Source: Candidatus Latescibacterota bacterium
GTDB taxonomy: Bacteria > Latescibacterota > UBA2968 > GCA-2709665
DNA length: 64,000 bases
NCBI GenBank assembly: GCA_965248435.1
Contig: OZ252100.1
Span: 2,848,001 to 2,912,000, forward strand
Reading direction: 5' to 3'
The translations under genes and the position numbers were made by a program. The notes under the pieces are model-generated. The model did not search any database, had not been told where the DNA came from, and was given only the letters and a program-made list of their open reading frames with translations. Positions 1-9,643 of this stretch are shown here, in pieces (position 1 is the stretch's first letter; each line of letters starts with the position of its first letter).

Positions 1-609
1 GATCGTCCAGCCTTTCAGGTTTTCCGGCGCGTCGGCCTCTGTCTGGTTTTCCGCTGTGTCCGATCGCTCCGTGACCCATTGCCGGACCTCAGGAGGGATC
101 TCTCTTTCTGTCGCGTCGATCTCCGGCGCGTCTTTCAGAAGCGACTCCGATTCCACCATTTCCGGATCGACAAAAACAATCTGCACGCCAGACTGTTGCG
201 AGGCCGCAAAGGCGGCGTAAGCCGCGGCGTTTGCGGGCGCAGGTGTCCCCTCGAAACCATCGGCCTGCCCTTCAAGCGCCACGACCCCATCTGGATCGAT
301 CGAGGGCGCTGCGTCGGCGACAGGGATCGCAACGCCACCCTCTGCGACCGAGGACTCGGGCCCCGGTCTATCCGAAGCCGTGGCCTCCGCATCGATGAAG
401 CCCGTGTCCAGCTCCACGATGGCGGGCTGCATGTCCGGAAGCAGGTCCGCTTCCTGCATCGCAGCGGATACAGGATCCGCTGAAAGCAGAATGCGAGGCT
501 CCATCGGCTCGAAGACCATCCGCCTTCGACTCCGGGCCTCCATCGACCGGATCAGTCTCCGCCTCTGTGGACTGAGACCTTTATTCACACCCTTTATGCG
601 CTTTGGCAT
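1..609 (-). CDS. LEPR-XLL motif protein, N-terminal part; runs off the window, probably a large secreted or surface protein
   Basis: Own translation from ATG at 609: MPKRIKGVNKGLSPQRRRLIRSMEARSRRRMVFEPMEPRILLSADP...VQIVFVDPE..., open to base 1. FEPMEPRILLSAD fits the LEPR-XLL motif. GAGG lies just upstream. Confidence 0.85.
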   Translation of the reverse strand, partial: MPKRIKGVNKGLSPQRRRLIRSMEARSRRRMVFEPMEPRILLSADPVSAAMQEADLLPDMQPAIVELDTGFIDAEATASDRPGPESSVAEGGVAIPVADAAPSIDPDGVVALEGQADGFEGTPAPANAAAYAAFAASQQSGVQIVFVDPEMVESESLLKDAPEIDATEREIPPEVRQWVTERSDTAENQTEADAPENLKGWTI

Positions 610-710
610 ACCTCATCCCCTCGTTGTACTACAGAAAAAAACTCCGTGCTCATTCATAACTCGTGACAAAATCAATAGAGGTCTATTATTAATGTAGAGC
701 TCTCCGACAT

Positions 711-756
711 AAAAAAATCCAGACACCGCCTGTTTAGCTGAAACAGCGCACCTGGA
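711..756 (-). terminator. Intrinsic-terminator-like hairpin in the leader of the LEPR-XLL gene
   Basis: Minus strand TCCAGgtgCGCTGTTTcagctAAACAGGCGgtgtCTGGA followed by 7 T. Confidence 0.6.
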
Positions 757-833
757 AATGATTACTCGACACGAAGACGCATCCTCCCCCGAAAGGTAGT
801 CTCACGCATATATGGGAACATTTAGATTTTCAT

Positions 834-863
834 AAGGTACGGTCTCCTCCAAACTCCTGTCAA
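834..863 (-). promoter_or_regulatory. Sigma-70-like promoter for the LEPR-XLL gene
   Basis: Minus strand TTGACA-N18-TACCTT. Confidence 0.5.
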
Positions 864-957
864 TGAATTAATTGTTCGAAAATCCGAACTTTGTTCTTAA
901 TGCGGAACTGGACTATGTGGAAACCTATTCACCGTAAGTGCATTTAACTTATGACTC

Positions 958-1692
958 TTACGGAATGATTTGCGTCCGTGCACCTATTCCGCCTGGTGAG
1001 ATGTTTTTCCGATGTTGTCCAGGGGGCACACCGACAAACCTGCGAAATGCAGCCGTAAGAATTCGATAATTCCCAAAACCGCACTTCTCCGCAACCGTAT
1101 ACAGGTGCTCGTCAGTCGATTCGATCATCTCTTTTGCCCTCTGCACGCGGTAATAAGTCAGTCTTGTACGATACGACATGCCCACCTTTTCGTTGAGCAG
1201 TTTGGAAACATATCTGGACGAGATCCTGAAATCTCTGGCCAGTGTCTCCACACTCAATAAGGAATCGCACGCGTGGTCTTTTAGAAAGGCGTCCAGCTCG
1301 TCTGCGAGACTGGTGATCGGTGGATAGCGGATATCGAGCAGCCCCTGGATGACGGACTTCAGGGCCTTTAACTTGAACGGCTTCTTGAGGAAATCCTTTG
1401 CCCCCCGCTTCATCGCCCATACGGCCGTTTCCACGGTCGCATAGCCCGTCAGAAAAATAACGTCCGTGTCGAGTCCTTTTTCCTGGATCGCTTTGAACAC
1501 CTCCATGCCGTTGAGACGGGGCATCTTCAGGTCCAGGACCGCGACGTCGAACGGGCGGCTCAAGAGCAAGTCCAGGGCTTCCTGACCGTCCTTAGCCAGG
1601 TCAAGGTTCCAATTCTTCGAACGGAAAGCGACCCGAATCATCGCGAGGAGCGAAAGATCATCATCTGCAATGAGAACACGGGGTTGCGGCAT
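958..1692 (-). CDS. Response regulator with receiver and AraC-type HTH domains (YesN-like)
   Basis: VLIADDD...VLDLKMP...FLTGY...KPF receiver; C-terminal VAEKCGFGNYRILTAAFRRFVGVPP AraC HTH. Confidence 0.9.
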   Translation of the reverse strand: MPQPRVLIADDDLSLLAMIRVAFRSKNWNLDLAKDGQEALDLLLSRPFDVAVLDLKMPRLNGMEVFKAIQEKGLDTDVIFLTGYATVETAVWAMKRGAKDFLKKPFKLKALKSVIQGLLDIRYPPITSLADELDAFLKDHACDSLLSVETLARDFRISSRYVSKLLNEKVGMSYRTRLTYYRVQRAKEMIESTDEHLYTVAEKCGFGNYRILTAAFRRFVGVPPGQHRKNISPGGIGARTQIIP

Positions 1693-1776
1693 CTAAACTA
1701 TTCTCCTTCAATAAGAAGGGTCGATAACGAAACCGCTCCCCTTTTATTAGGTACCGAAGATTCTGGCGGCCATTAC

Positions 1777-2145
1777 TCATTCACCAAGCATTTCTTTTAA
1801 AGCATCCAGTATTTCCTTCACGCGAAACGGCTTTTCAAACGCTTGCTCGGCACCATACTGCTTGGAGATAGAGACAATGTCCAGTTCTTCTCTTACGCCC
1901 ATAGCTGAAATCGCAATGATCTTGAGTTCAGGGAATTCCTTCTTGGCTTCTCTGATGAAATCCAGCCCGCTCTTCTTCGGCAGAAAGATATCCACGATCG
2001 CCGCATCAGCAGGATTCTGGCGGTTCTTTTCAATCCCCTCCTCGCCATCGCACGCATCTTCCACTTCATAGCCGGCCATCCCAAGCATCTTCTTGATGGC
2101 GGTCCGTTCCACTTCCTCATCTTCTATGATAAGCACTCTTTTCAT
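1777..2145 (-). CDS. Single-domain response regulator (CheY-like)
   Basis: VLIIEDE, IVDIFLP, ISA and KPF motifs; 122 aa. Confidence 0.9.
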   Translation of the reverse strand: MKRVLIIEDEEVERTAIKKMLGMAGYEVEDACDGEEGIEKNRQNPADAAIVDIFLPKKSGLDFIREAKKEFPELKIIAISAMGVREELDIVSISKQYGAEQAFEKPFRVKEILDALKEMLGE

Positions 2146-2269
2146 GCCTAATTACTTCCCCGAATCGGAAATTATCACTCAAGAAGTATCGGGAGAGATG
2201 GGTTGCTGCTTTCGCTGTTCTGGTTTGAAAGATTTGACCAATCTAACCCCATCGGATTGACCCTCCTTC

Positions 2270-2537
2270 ACCATCTGACGTTCATCGTTCATCCGACTGT
2301 CTTTCTTAGCGCCCCCGCGCAATTTCGTGATCCCGCCTTTTCGATCCAAGATCCACGTGCTTTTCTCTGCACCTTCTGCGCCTCTGCGGTGATTCCAGGT
2401 TCTGACTCCCGGTAACCTGATCCTACAACCCACGATCCACTGGTTCTTCTCCGCGACATCTGCGCCCCGGATCAAGTCCGGGGTAGGCCTCCGCGGTGAG
2501 ATTTGCTTTTCGATCCACGATCAACGATTCACGGAAT
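2270..2537. repeat. Mosaic of short 7-mer/9-mer repeats with an embedded REP-like palindrome
   Basis: cgttcat x2; ctctgcacc-ttctgcgcc-tctgcggtg; CCCCGGATCAAGTCCGGGG near 2465-2483; gatccac/gatcaac/gattcac. Confidence 0.65.
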
Positions 2538-3380
2538 TTAACCCGCAAGCGTCGTACGGTGCATGATCCGTTTGTATTTCCGGCTGTCAAACGGCCGCGC
2601 CCGGTGGAGGCAGTAGCGGTTGTCCCACATCACGAGGTCGTTCGCGCGCCAGGAATGGCTGTAGACGAACTGCGGCCGTGTCGCCCACTCCAGGAGTTCC
2701 TTCAGCAGGGCCCTGCCCTTCTCGATCGGCCACCCGATGATATGTGATGCGTAAGAGCCGACGAGGAGCGCCTTCTCGCCCGTCTCTGGAACCGTGCGAA
2801 TCAGCGCGTGCTCTACCGGAGGGGCCTCCTTCCGGAAGGCTTCAGTGACCAGCTCCGGGGCGATCTGGGCCCGCGAGTAGGCCATGCTGTGCTCGACGAT
2901 CAGCCCTTCCAGGCTGGCCTTCCTCTCCTCCGACAGCGCAGCATAGGCTGCACGGACGCAGGCGAATTCGGTCTCGCCCTGCTCGGGCGGCACAACCTTC
3001 GCAGAAAGCAGTGAGCCTCGCAATGGCCTTCCTGTAAATGCTCCGTCGGAGTGCCAGAGCTCGTTGCCGAAGTAGTACTTCATACGTGTGTCTTCGGGCG
3101 GGATGATCTCGCCACCGTCATCTACGTTCGTAATGCGGTTGATTGGGCCTCCACCGCCGAGGGGGTCGGTCTTCATCGTCATCTGCAGCGGTCCGAAAAG
3201 CTCGCTAAAGACGACGTGTTGTTCGTCGGTGACCTCCTGATCGTGGAAGACGAGCACGCACTGTTTGTTGAATGTGTCGCGAAGCGCCTCAGCCGTCTCG
3301 CCATCGATGGGTGAAGTGATATCGACGCCCTGAACCTCCGCGCCGAACAGTTCGTGGAGTTTGTTAACGGTGATCGCCAT
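2538..3380 (-). CDS. TauD/TfdA family Fe(II)/2-oxoglutarate dioxygenase
   Basis: WHSDG facial-triad motif, GETEFA, WDNRYCLHRA, MHRTT. Confidence 0.92.
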   Translation of the reverse strand: MAITVNKLHELFGAEVQGVDITSPIDGETAEALRDTFNKQCVLVFHDQEVTDEQHVVFSELFGPLQMTMKTDPLGGGGPINRITNVDDGGEIIPPEDTRMKYYFGNELWHSDGAFTGRPLRGSLLSAKVVPPEQGETEFACVRAAYAALSEERKASLEGLIVEHSMAYSRAQIAPELVTEAFRKEAPPVEHALIRTVPETGEKALLVGSYASHIIGWPIEKGRALLKELLEWATRPQFVYSHSWRANDLVMWDNRYCLHRARPFDSRKYKRIMHRTTLAG

Positions 3381-3404
3381 TCAACGTTCCTGCTCGAGAA
3401 CCTA

Positions 3405-3761
3405 TTATTGCTTTAGCGCTTCGCGGACTGCCCCACGCACCTCGGCGACCTTGAATGGCTTTCCGAAGACGGCAGCAGGATGCAAATGCTCCAATTCTTC
3501 TCGCGATGTGTCGGATTCGACATAGGCCGATATGATGATGAAAGGGATGTCCTTGGGCAGATTCTTGATGAAAACGACGCCATCGACCTCAGGCATCCTA
3601 AGGTCGGTAATGATAAGATCGACGCGTTGTTTGCCTATGACTTCCGAGAGTGCAAAGATCCCGTCGGCTGCCTCAATAACATCAAATTCATCCGCCAACA
3701 CAGTCAGCAAAAGTTCCCTGATCGCCGAATCGTCATCGACCACCAGAACCGTCGGCTTCAT
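3405..3761 (-). CDS. Single-domain response regulator
   Basis: VLVVDDD, ITDLRMP, ISAY, KPF; AAGGAGG 9 nt before ATG 3761. Confidence 0.88.
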   Translation of the reverse strand: MKPTVLVVDDDSAIRELLLTVLADEFDVIEAADGIFALSEVIGKQRVDLIITDLRMPEVDGVVFIKNLPKDIPFIIISAYVESDTSREELEHLHPAAVFGKPFKVAEVRGAVREALKQ

Positions 3762-3934
3762 GGTTCCCATCCTCCTTCTCTTGAGCCTCAACCTCTGGAA
3801 AGTGAGGGCGCAACCTGCAAATCAACCCACGCAAAATAGCTTCGTGGAATCGCCAATTCAAACGAATTGTGAAGGCGGGAATCACTGCCCCGAAATCTGC
3901 TGGACAACCGCAAACTCCACGGGCTTGAAGGCGA

Positions 3935-5734
3935 TCAGGCCCGGGTTCTTCGCTGAATCTCCTGATGGTAATAGGACATCATGTTTGATCGAGTGATGAC
4001 GCCGACCAGTGTGCGACTTTCAGAATCATCCACAACAGGCAGGCTGGAAATGTCCCCCGTTGCAAAAACACTCAAAGCCCTGGACAATGGTGCATCGGCT
4101 TCAACGCACTCCGAATCAGAATTCATGGCGTCTGCGGCAATGAGCAGCGAATAGAGGTCTGTATCCATCATCACGGAGCGAATGTCCTGGAAGGAAATAA
4201 CGCCTTGCAAGCTCCCTACCTTGTCGACCACGGGAAAATCAACGGACTCGCCGTGCTGCAAAAGCGTCGCGACCTGTCCCAGCGGCGTGTGCTTTTCGAC
4301 AAAATCGAAACTCGTGCTCATTGCTTGCTGGACCTGGATAGAATCCAGAACTGACATGTCTACGCCTTGTGCAACTCTGAGACCGCGACGAGACAGTTTC
4401 AGCGTATAGATCGACTCTTTCTCGAGGTGCCTTGCGACAAGCGTACTAATTACCGTGGCGAGGATGAGGGGGAGGATGATCAGGTAGTCGTCTGTAAGCT
4501 CGAGGAGGATCAGCATTGCCGTGAGGGGTGCGTGCGTCGTGCCCGCGACCACAGCCCCCATTCCGACGAGGGCATAGGCTCCCACTTCTGACGTAGCGCC
4601 AGGCAACAGGTAGGCAGCCAGGTGTCCATACGACCCACCGAGCATTGCCCCGATGAAGAGTGAGGGCGCGAAGACCCCCCCCGATCCTCCAGAGCCGATG
4701 GTCAGGCTGGTCGCCAGTATTTTCGCCACGAGCAGGATCAGAATCAAGCTTACCTCGGTCCTCCCGAGCAGTGTGTCCGTAATCGCCTCGTAACCGACTC
4801 CGAAGATCTGCGGCAGAAACATCCCGATACAACCAATAAAGGCTCCCCCCAGAGCCGGTTTCATGTACCGCGAGATGGGGAGCTTGTCAAAAGCGTCTTC
4901 AAAGAGGTATAGGAGCCTGATGAGTAAGACCGCAACGACACCGGCCAGAATCGCCAGACCTGCGTAGCTGAACAGTTCGAAGGGGCTGGTCAATTGGTAC
5001 TTAGGGATATCGAAGGCGGCGCCGTGACCGATTGTATGACGACTTACAGCGTTGGCCACGACTGAGGACAGGAGGATCGGACTGAACGTGCGAACGCTGA
5101 AGTCGCCCAGAATGACCTCCAAGGAGAAAAGCCCTCCTGCGATCGGCGCGTTGAAGGTCGCTGAGATGCCAGCTGCAGCCCCGCACCCTACCAGAACCTT
5201 GAGTCGCTCACCAGAGAACCTGAACAGCTGCCCGACACTGGAACCGAACGATGACACGATGTGTACGATAGGACCTTCCCGCCCCACAGAGCCACCGGAA
5301 CCGATACATATCGCAGAGGCCAGGGCTTTGAGGGGCATCACCCTCGTTCGGATACGACCATTCTCCGCGGCAACGGAGGCCATAACTTCGGGGATACCGC
5401 TTCCCCTGGCTTCCGGCGCCAGCTTGATCACGATGAACCCGACGATCAAGCCTCCCATTGCGGGTATTAGAGGGAGCAGAAACTCGTTCCCAAGGAACCC
5501 TGCCCCCTCGATCAGGAATAGATGGTTGAATTGAGCAATCAACCATCTAAAGCAAAAGGCACCGAACCCCCCACCCAGACCGATGATGATTGAGAGTCCG
5601 AGCAGGAACGGGGCTTCAGTGAGGCCCCTTGTGGCGAATAGCTTGATGGCCTGGCGGCGAAGGCCCAGCACGACCCGGGCGAGAACGAGAATAGGAGAGG
5701 TCTTTCCAGATGAATCTTGGGAGGAATTTGGCAA
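3935..5734 (-). CDS. ClC-family chloride channel or H+/Cl- antiporter with C-terminal CBS pair
   Basis: GSGIP, GREGP and GGVFAP ClC signatures; many TM segments; CBS-like C-terminus. Confidence 0.93.
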   Translation of the reverse strand: MPNSSQDSSGKTSPILVLARVVLGLRRQAIKLFATRGLTEAPFLLGLSIIIGLGGGFGAFCFRWLIAQFNHLFLIEGAGFLGNEFLLPLIPAMGGLIVGFIVIKLAPEARGSGIPEVMASVAAENGRIRTRVMPLKALASAICIGSGGSVGREGPIVHIVSSFGSSVGQLFRFSGERLKVLVGCGAAAGISATFNAPIAGGLFSLEVILGDFSVRTFSPILLSSVVANAVSRHTIGHGAAFDIPKYQLTSPFELFSYAGLAILAGVVAVLLIRLLYLFEDAFDKLPISRYMKPALGGAFIGCIGMFLPQIFGVGYEAITDTLLGRTEVSLILILLVAKILATSLTIGSGGSGGVFAPSLFIGAMLGGSYGHLAAYLLPGATSEVGAYALVGMGAVVAGTTHAPLTAMLILLELTDDYLIILPLILATVISTLVARHLEKESIYTLKLSRRGLRVAQGVDMSVLDSIQVQQAMSTSFDFVEKHTPLGQVATLLQHGESVDFPVVDKVGSLQGVISFQDIRSVMMDTDLYSLLIAADAMNSDSECVEADAPLSRALSVFATGDISSLPVVDDSESRTLVGVITRSNMMSYYHQEIQRRTRA

Positions 5735-5920
5735 TCAATACTCACTGTTTTCGTGGACTGGAAGGAGGATGTTCGGCTCGGGGAAGGTAAAAAGAAACGT
5801 GGTGGAAGGAAAGTATGCAATCACCCAGGATGTGGAGCTCTTTGCGGCCAATCAAGATATCTCACTTGACCGCGAAGCTTATCCCGCGTGGCTTATGTCC
5901 ATCCGAAGGTCCAGGATGGC

Positions 5921-6793
5921 CTAAATCACCGACGGAACCTTCACCTTCCGCCTCTGATGGATCGATTTCTCCATCGCCTCGAGAACGGCGACCGGGGTCA
6001 GCATCGTCTCGACCGTTTCGTCGGTCTTTCCGGTCTTGAACATCCTGCAGAAGGCGCGGATCCCTGTCAGATACGGATTCGCTTCGTATTCGATCGGCAT
6101 ATCGACGCGTCCCTTCTCGCCGATGACGGAGACGTGAAAGGGTGTTTGTTGCTCCTTGAACAGATTCAGGGTGGAGATGGCGCCACGCGCGGAAAAGAGC
6201 GTGGCGGTATGGTTGTGGCCCTGTCCCCGATTGACCACGACGTGCGTGACGTCGTACTTCAGCAGACGGAGGACCATATCCACCTGGTGGATCCCGTAGA
6301 ACGACACACCGCCCCACTTCGATTTGACATCGCAGGGACCCGTCGTGACGATCGATTCGATGGGTCCGTTCTTCCTCACCTGCCTCTTGAGCTCCTGGAA
6401 GGCGGCCTGCTTGGGCAGGACTGAAAACGAACAGACTGGAACGTTCAGCCGCTTCGCCCGCGCAAGAAAGCGCCTCCCCTCTGCGACTCGATAGCAGAAC
6501 GGCTTGTCCACGAACAGTGGGATCTTCGCTTCGAGGAGCGGCCTCACGGCCGGCAGGTGATACCTCGCGTGGCGGTGATCCACGCACGCCGCATCCACTC
6601 GTCCAATCATTTCCTTAGGATCCTTCACGATCTCGGGGATGCCACCCTGCTCGGATGCCTCCTTTGCAAACAGACGCGTCTCCCCCCATACGGTCGTGAC
6701 TCTGAACCCGTGGACCTTCTTGTCGATGTTCAGCGTTTTCGCTATGGCTGCGGTGTGGCTGTTTTCAGCGCCGACAATACCGATTCTGATCAT
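5921..6793 (-). CDS. Gfo/Idh/MocA family oxidoreductase
   Basis: MIRIGIVG, VDKPF, YGIHQVD; GAGGAG SD before ATG 6793. Confidence 0.85.
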   Translation of the reverse strand: MIRIGIVGAENSHTAAIAKTLNIDKKVHGFRVTTVWGETRLFAKEASEQGGIPEIVKDPKEMIGRVDAACVDHRHARYHLPAVRPLLEAKIPLFVDKPFCYRVAEGRRFLARAKRLNVPVCSFSVLPKQAAFQELKRQVRKNGPIESIVTTGPCDVKSKWGGVSFYGIHQVDMVLRLLKYDVTHVVVNRGQGHNHTATLFSARGAISTLNLFKEQQTPFHVSVIGEKGRVDMPIEYEANPYLTGIRAFCRMFKTGKTDETVETMLTPVAVLEAMEKSIHQRRKVKVPSVI

Positions 6794-6931
6794 CGCTGAT
6801 TCGCTCCTCTCATTCCTCAGGGCTTCACCAGTCCAGATCCACGATAAGCGATTCACGCCCGAGTGCAACAAAAAAGGCAAAGCCCCGAACGCAAAGCCTT
6901 GCCCTGTCTGCAACAGCTCTTCCTCTACAGC

Positions 6932-7297
6932 TTAAAGCAGGATCTCCTTAACAGCTTCAATCAATCCCTCGGCTCTGAAAGGTTTTGGAAGAAAGTGTCT
7001 GACGCCCAACTCTCGAAGATGTTCGATCAGGGATTTGTTCAGATAGCCGGAAACGACGAGTACCGGCGTTTTCAGGTTCCGATGTTCAAAGACCTTCGCG
7101 ACGTCACTTCCATCAATAGCCGGCATGTTCAGGTCAAGCGTAATGAGGTCGTAGTTACCTGATAAGCCCTCTTCAATCGATGAGGCAAGATAAGGTTGGG
7201 CTTCTACTTCGTAACCGGCGCCTGTCAAAATGGTGTGAATGACGTCGCGAACATCATCCTCATCTTCGATCACCAGGATTCGTTTGGTCTTTGGCAT
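6932..7297 (-). CDS. Single-domain response regulator
   Basis: ILVIEDE, TLDLNMP, VSGY, KPF. Confidence 0.9.
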   Translation of the reverse strand: MPKTKRILVIEDEDDVRDVIHTILTGAGYEVEAQPYLASSIEEGLSGNYDLITLDLNMPAIDGSDVAKVFEHRNLKTPVLVVSGYLNKSLIEHLRELGVRHFLPKPFRAEGLIEAVKEILL

Positions 7298-7571
7298 GGG
7301 AATCTAAGAGGCTCGGCCTCCAGATGAAGAACACGCAAGTGATACGATTGGTCTTGATCGTCCCCGTTCGGTGATAATAGCCACACTTCAACTGGTTTCA
7401 AATCCCTTTCTTCTGTTCAATCCACAAAAAGTTGTTCACCTAACAGCACATTGTTCTTGAATCTGCACGGACTTGCGCATTTTCCTCAGACAAAGCACTC
7501 GACTCGGGGTAAATTGATTAATAGGAGCCAGATAGACGCTGATTCACACAAATCTGTATGAGGTGACCCTC

Positions 7572-9635
7572 TTGTCGGATTCAACTTCGGTTTCGAAAGA
7601 TCCTGACAGCAAAGTGGATCGGGCCTTTTCGGTCAAGGCAACCGTCTACGCAAAGGGGCTCTATGCCGGCATTGGTATCAAGGCTTCAGGCCCCGGCTTG
7701 TTGAAGCAACACCTCGCGGACAACAAGCAGGAAGAAGAGGAACTCAAGCAGAAGATACTGGGCCAGGCGCACCAGGCGCTCTCCGACAATGGGGTAAAGA
7801 ACTTCCAGGAGGATGCGCTCCAGGATGCGGTTGAAACCTTTCTTGCACAGGTGCGGGATGGCAGTGGCGATATGGTCGCCAGGAAAGTCGCGGAGGGACA
7901 GGCTCCCGAGCCCGGAGAAGACGGCAAGATAGAATATTCGTTGAACCCTGACGATTTGCCCATGCACAAGCTTGAAGACCTTCCACCGAATTCCAAGAAG
8001 CGATGGTTTCATTTCGCACAAGAGGGTGAAACTCTGGCCAGGGCGGTCCCAGCCAGTCAAGGAAAGCCGGGCAGCGATGTTCGGGGTGAAACCATGGACC
8101 TGAAGGAAAAAGCGAAAGAGCCTTCTCTTACAGCCATACTCGGGGAGAACACATCGATTCAGGGTGATACCCTGGTTGCAGACTGTGACGGGATGTGCGA
8201 GGAGAACATCAATGGCAGGATTCGGGTCGTCCCTGAGATTGTGATAGATGCGGTGGACGCACAAACTGGAAGTCTACCCGAGGCTGGGTTAGGTAAAGCG
8301 AGTATTCTGATCAAGAAAGATATAAAGTCTCAATACAGGGTTGCGACATCCGAGACGATCTTCGTAGGCCTCGGGGAAAGCGGCAACATCGAAAGCAAGT
8401 CGGCAGTAGAGGCGGCCAACCTGGTCGTGAACGGCATTGCGAGAGGTGTATACAAGGAGCCATCTGAAACCACGAATCCCTACGCGATACAAATACAGGA
8501 GCTGTTCATCTCGAAAACCGTAGATGGCCGACATATCGTCGCGAACAATATCTTTGTTTTCGAGGACTGTCTCTTTGGATTGTTGGACGCCGAACAAGCC
8601 ATAAGAGTCGGGGGCAACGTATCGGGTGGGTGTATGATCTCCCGGAATGAACTGGCAGTTTGTGGAAACCTTGGAACAAAGGAAGGTGGAAGTCGCACAA
8701 GAGTACTCATTCCCGGTCAGGGAGAGACATCGCGGAGCCAGAAGCGTGTTGAAGCTGCAATGGCCGAACACGAGAAAACCTCCTCTGAACTGGGTGCCAA
8801 ACTGGACCAGCTGGAAGCTTCGTCCGCAAAGCGTGCGAAATCGGATGCATACTGGGCGAGCCTGGCTGAGGGGGAGTTCAAGAAGCCGGGCAATCCGGTT
8901 CAGGCCAACACGGCCAGGCAGTTCAGAGATATGCTCAACGAAAAGAAGGAGCTGAAGCGCTCGATTTCAGCCGCCAAGACGGCATTGACCGAACTGAAAG
9001 AACGGGCTGAAGAAGCCCAGGACGAATCGACATCTGAGGTTCTCGTCAGGGTTATGGGCTGGATCTATCTGGACGCTGAATTCGAGGCAGCTCTCGGCGT
9101 TGAGGAAGAGGATCTGGAGCGAGTCGTAACCTACTCAGTCGAGGGAAAGAAGTACCGGAATCATTCACTTCAAGACCTGAATACTTTGCTTACGAAGCTG
9201 GCGAAAGAGCATCTAGAAGCGGAACAATCAAGAGTGGGAGAGCGCAAACAGGCGATCGAGCAGATGTTTGAGGGCGCGGAGAAGAAACCAACGGGACCTC
9301 AGATCAATCACAAGCGATTTGAGGTGCCCTTTGAGTGGAGCGGAGATGATGCGCAGAAAGTCCCACAGGAGCTTCGCATAGCTACACTTGCCTTCGTGGA
9401 GTCTCAGGATCCTGAGAGTCTTCGCATCAAGACCATCGCCACTGTGAGAGAAGAGATAAAAGGTGTCCAGGTCAAGATCTCAAACGACGGACCCAAGACC
9501 CTGTTCTTGTTGGAGCAGTCGAGCAGTGTTGAATGGCGTGACAGAAGTGATGTGAAGGAAATGCTCGACAGTCGATTTGTACACGGCTTGTCTGCAAAAG
9601 AACTTTTAGATGGAAAAACTTCCATAGAGGATTGA
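7572..9635 (+). CDS. FapA (DUF342) family protein with extended C-terminus
   Basis: VAEGQAPEPGEDGKIEY and EGETLARAVPASQGKPGSDVRGE match the FapA N-terminal pattern; then a beta-helix-like stretch and a coiled coil. Confidence 0.72.
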   Translation: MSDSTSVSKDPDSKVDRAFSVKATVYAKGLYAGIGIKASGPGLLKQHLADNKQEEEELKQKILGQAHQALSDNGVKNFQEDALQDAVETFLAQVRDGSGDMVARKVAEGQAPEPGEDGKIEYSLNPDDLPMHKLEDLPPNSKKRWFHFAQEGETLARAVPASQGKPGSDVRGETMDLKEKAKEPSLTAILGENTSIQGDTLVADCDGMCEENINGRIRVVPEIVIDAVDAQTGSLPEAGLGKASILIKKDIKSQYRVATSETIFVGLGESGNIESKSAVEAANLVVNGIARGVYKEPSETTNPYAIQIQELFISKTVDGRHIVANNIFVFEDCLFGLLDAEQAIRVGGNVSGGCMISRNELAVCGNLGTKEGGSRTRVLIPGQGETSRSQKRVEAAMAEHEKTSSELGAKLDQLEASSAKRAKSDAYWASLAEGEFKKPGNPVQANTARQFRDMLNEKKELKRSISAAKTALTELKERAEEAQDESTSEVLVRVMGWIYLDAEFEAALGVEEEDLERVVTYSVEGKKYRNHSLQDLNTLLTKLAKEHLEAEQSRVGERKQAIEQMFEGAEKKPTGPQINHKRFEVPFEWSGDDAQKVPQELRIATLAFVESQDPESLRIKTIATVREEIKGVQVKISNDGPKTLFLLEQSSSVEWRDRSDVKEMLDSRFVHGLSAKELLDGKTSIED

Positions 9636-9643
9636 GGCGTAGA

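Noticed and set aside
2185-2212. Sigma-28-like box GAAA-N16-CCCGATAC upstream of the 1777-2145 receiver
   Set aside because: Both elements are mismatched; too weak to call by eye.
5735-5920. Fluoride riboswitch upstream of the ClC gene
   Set aside because: No matching motif seen, and the protein has chloride-type GSGIP rather than the fluoride-type signature.
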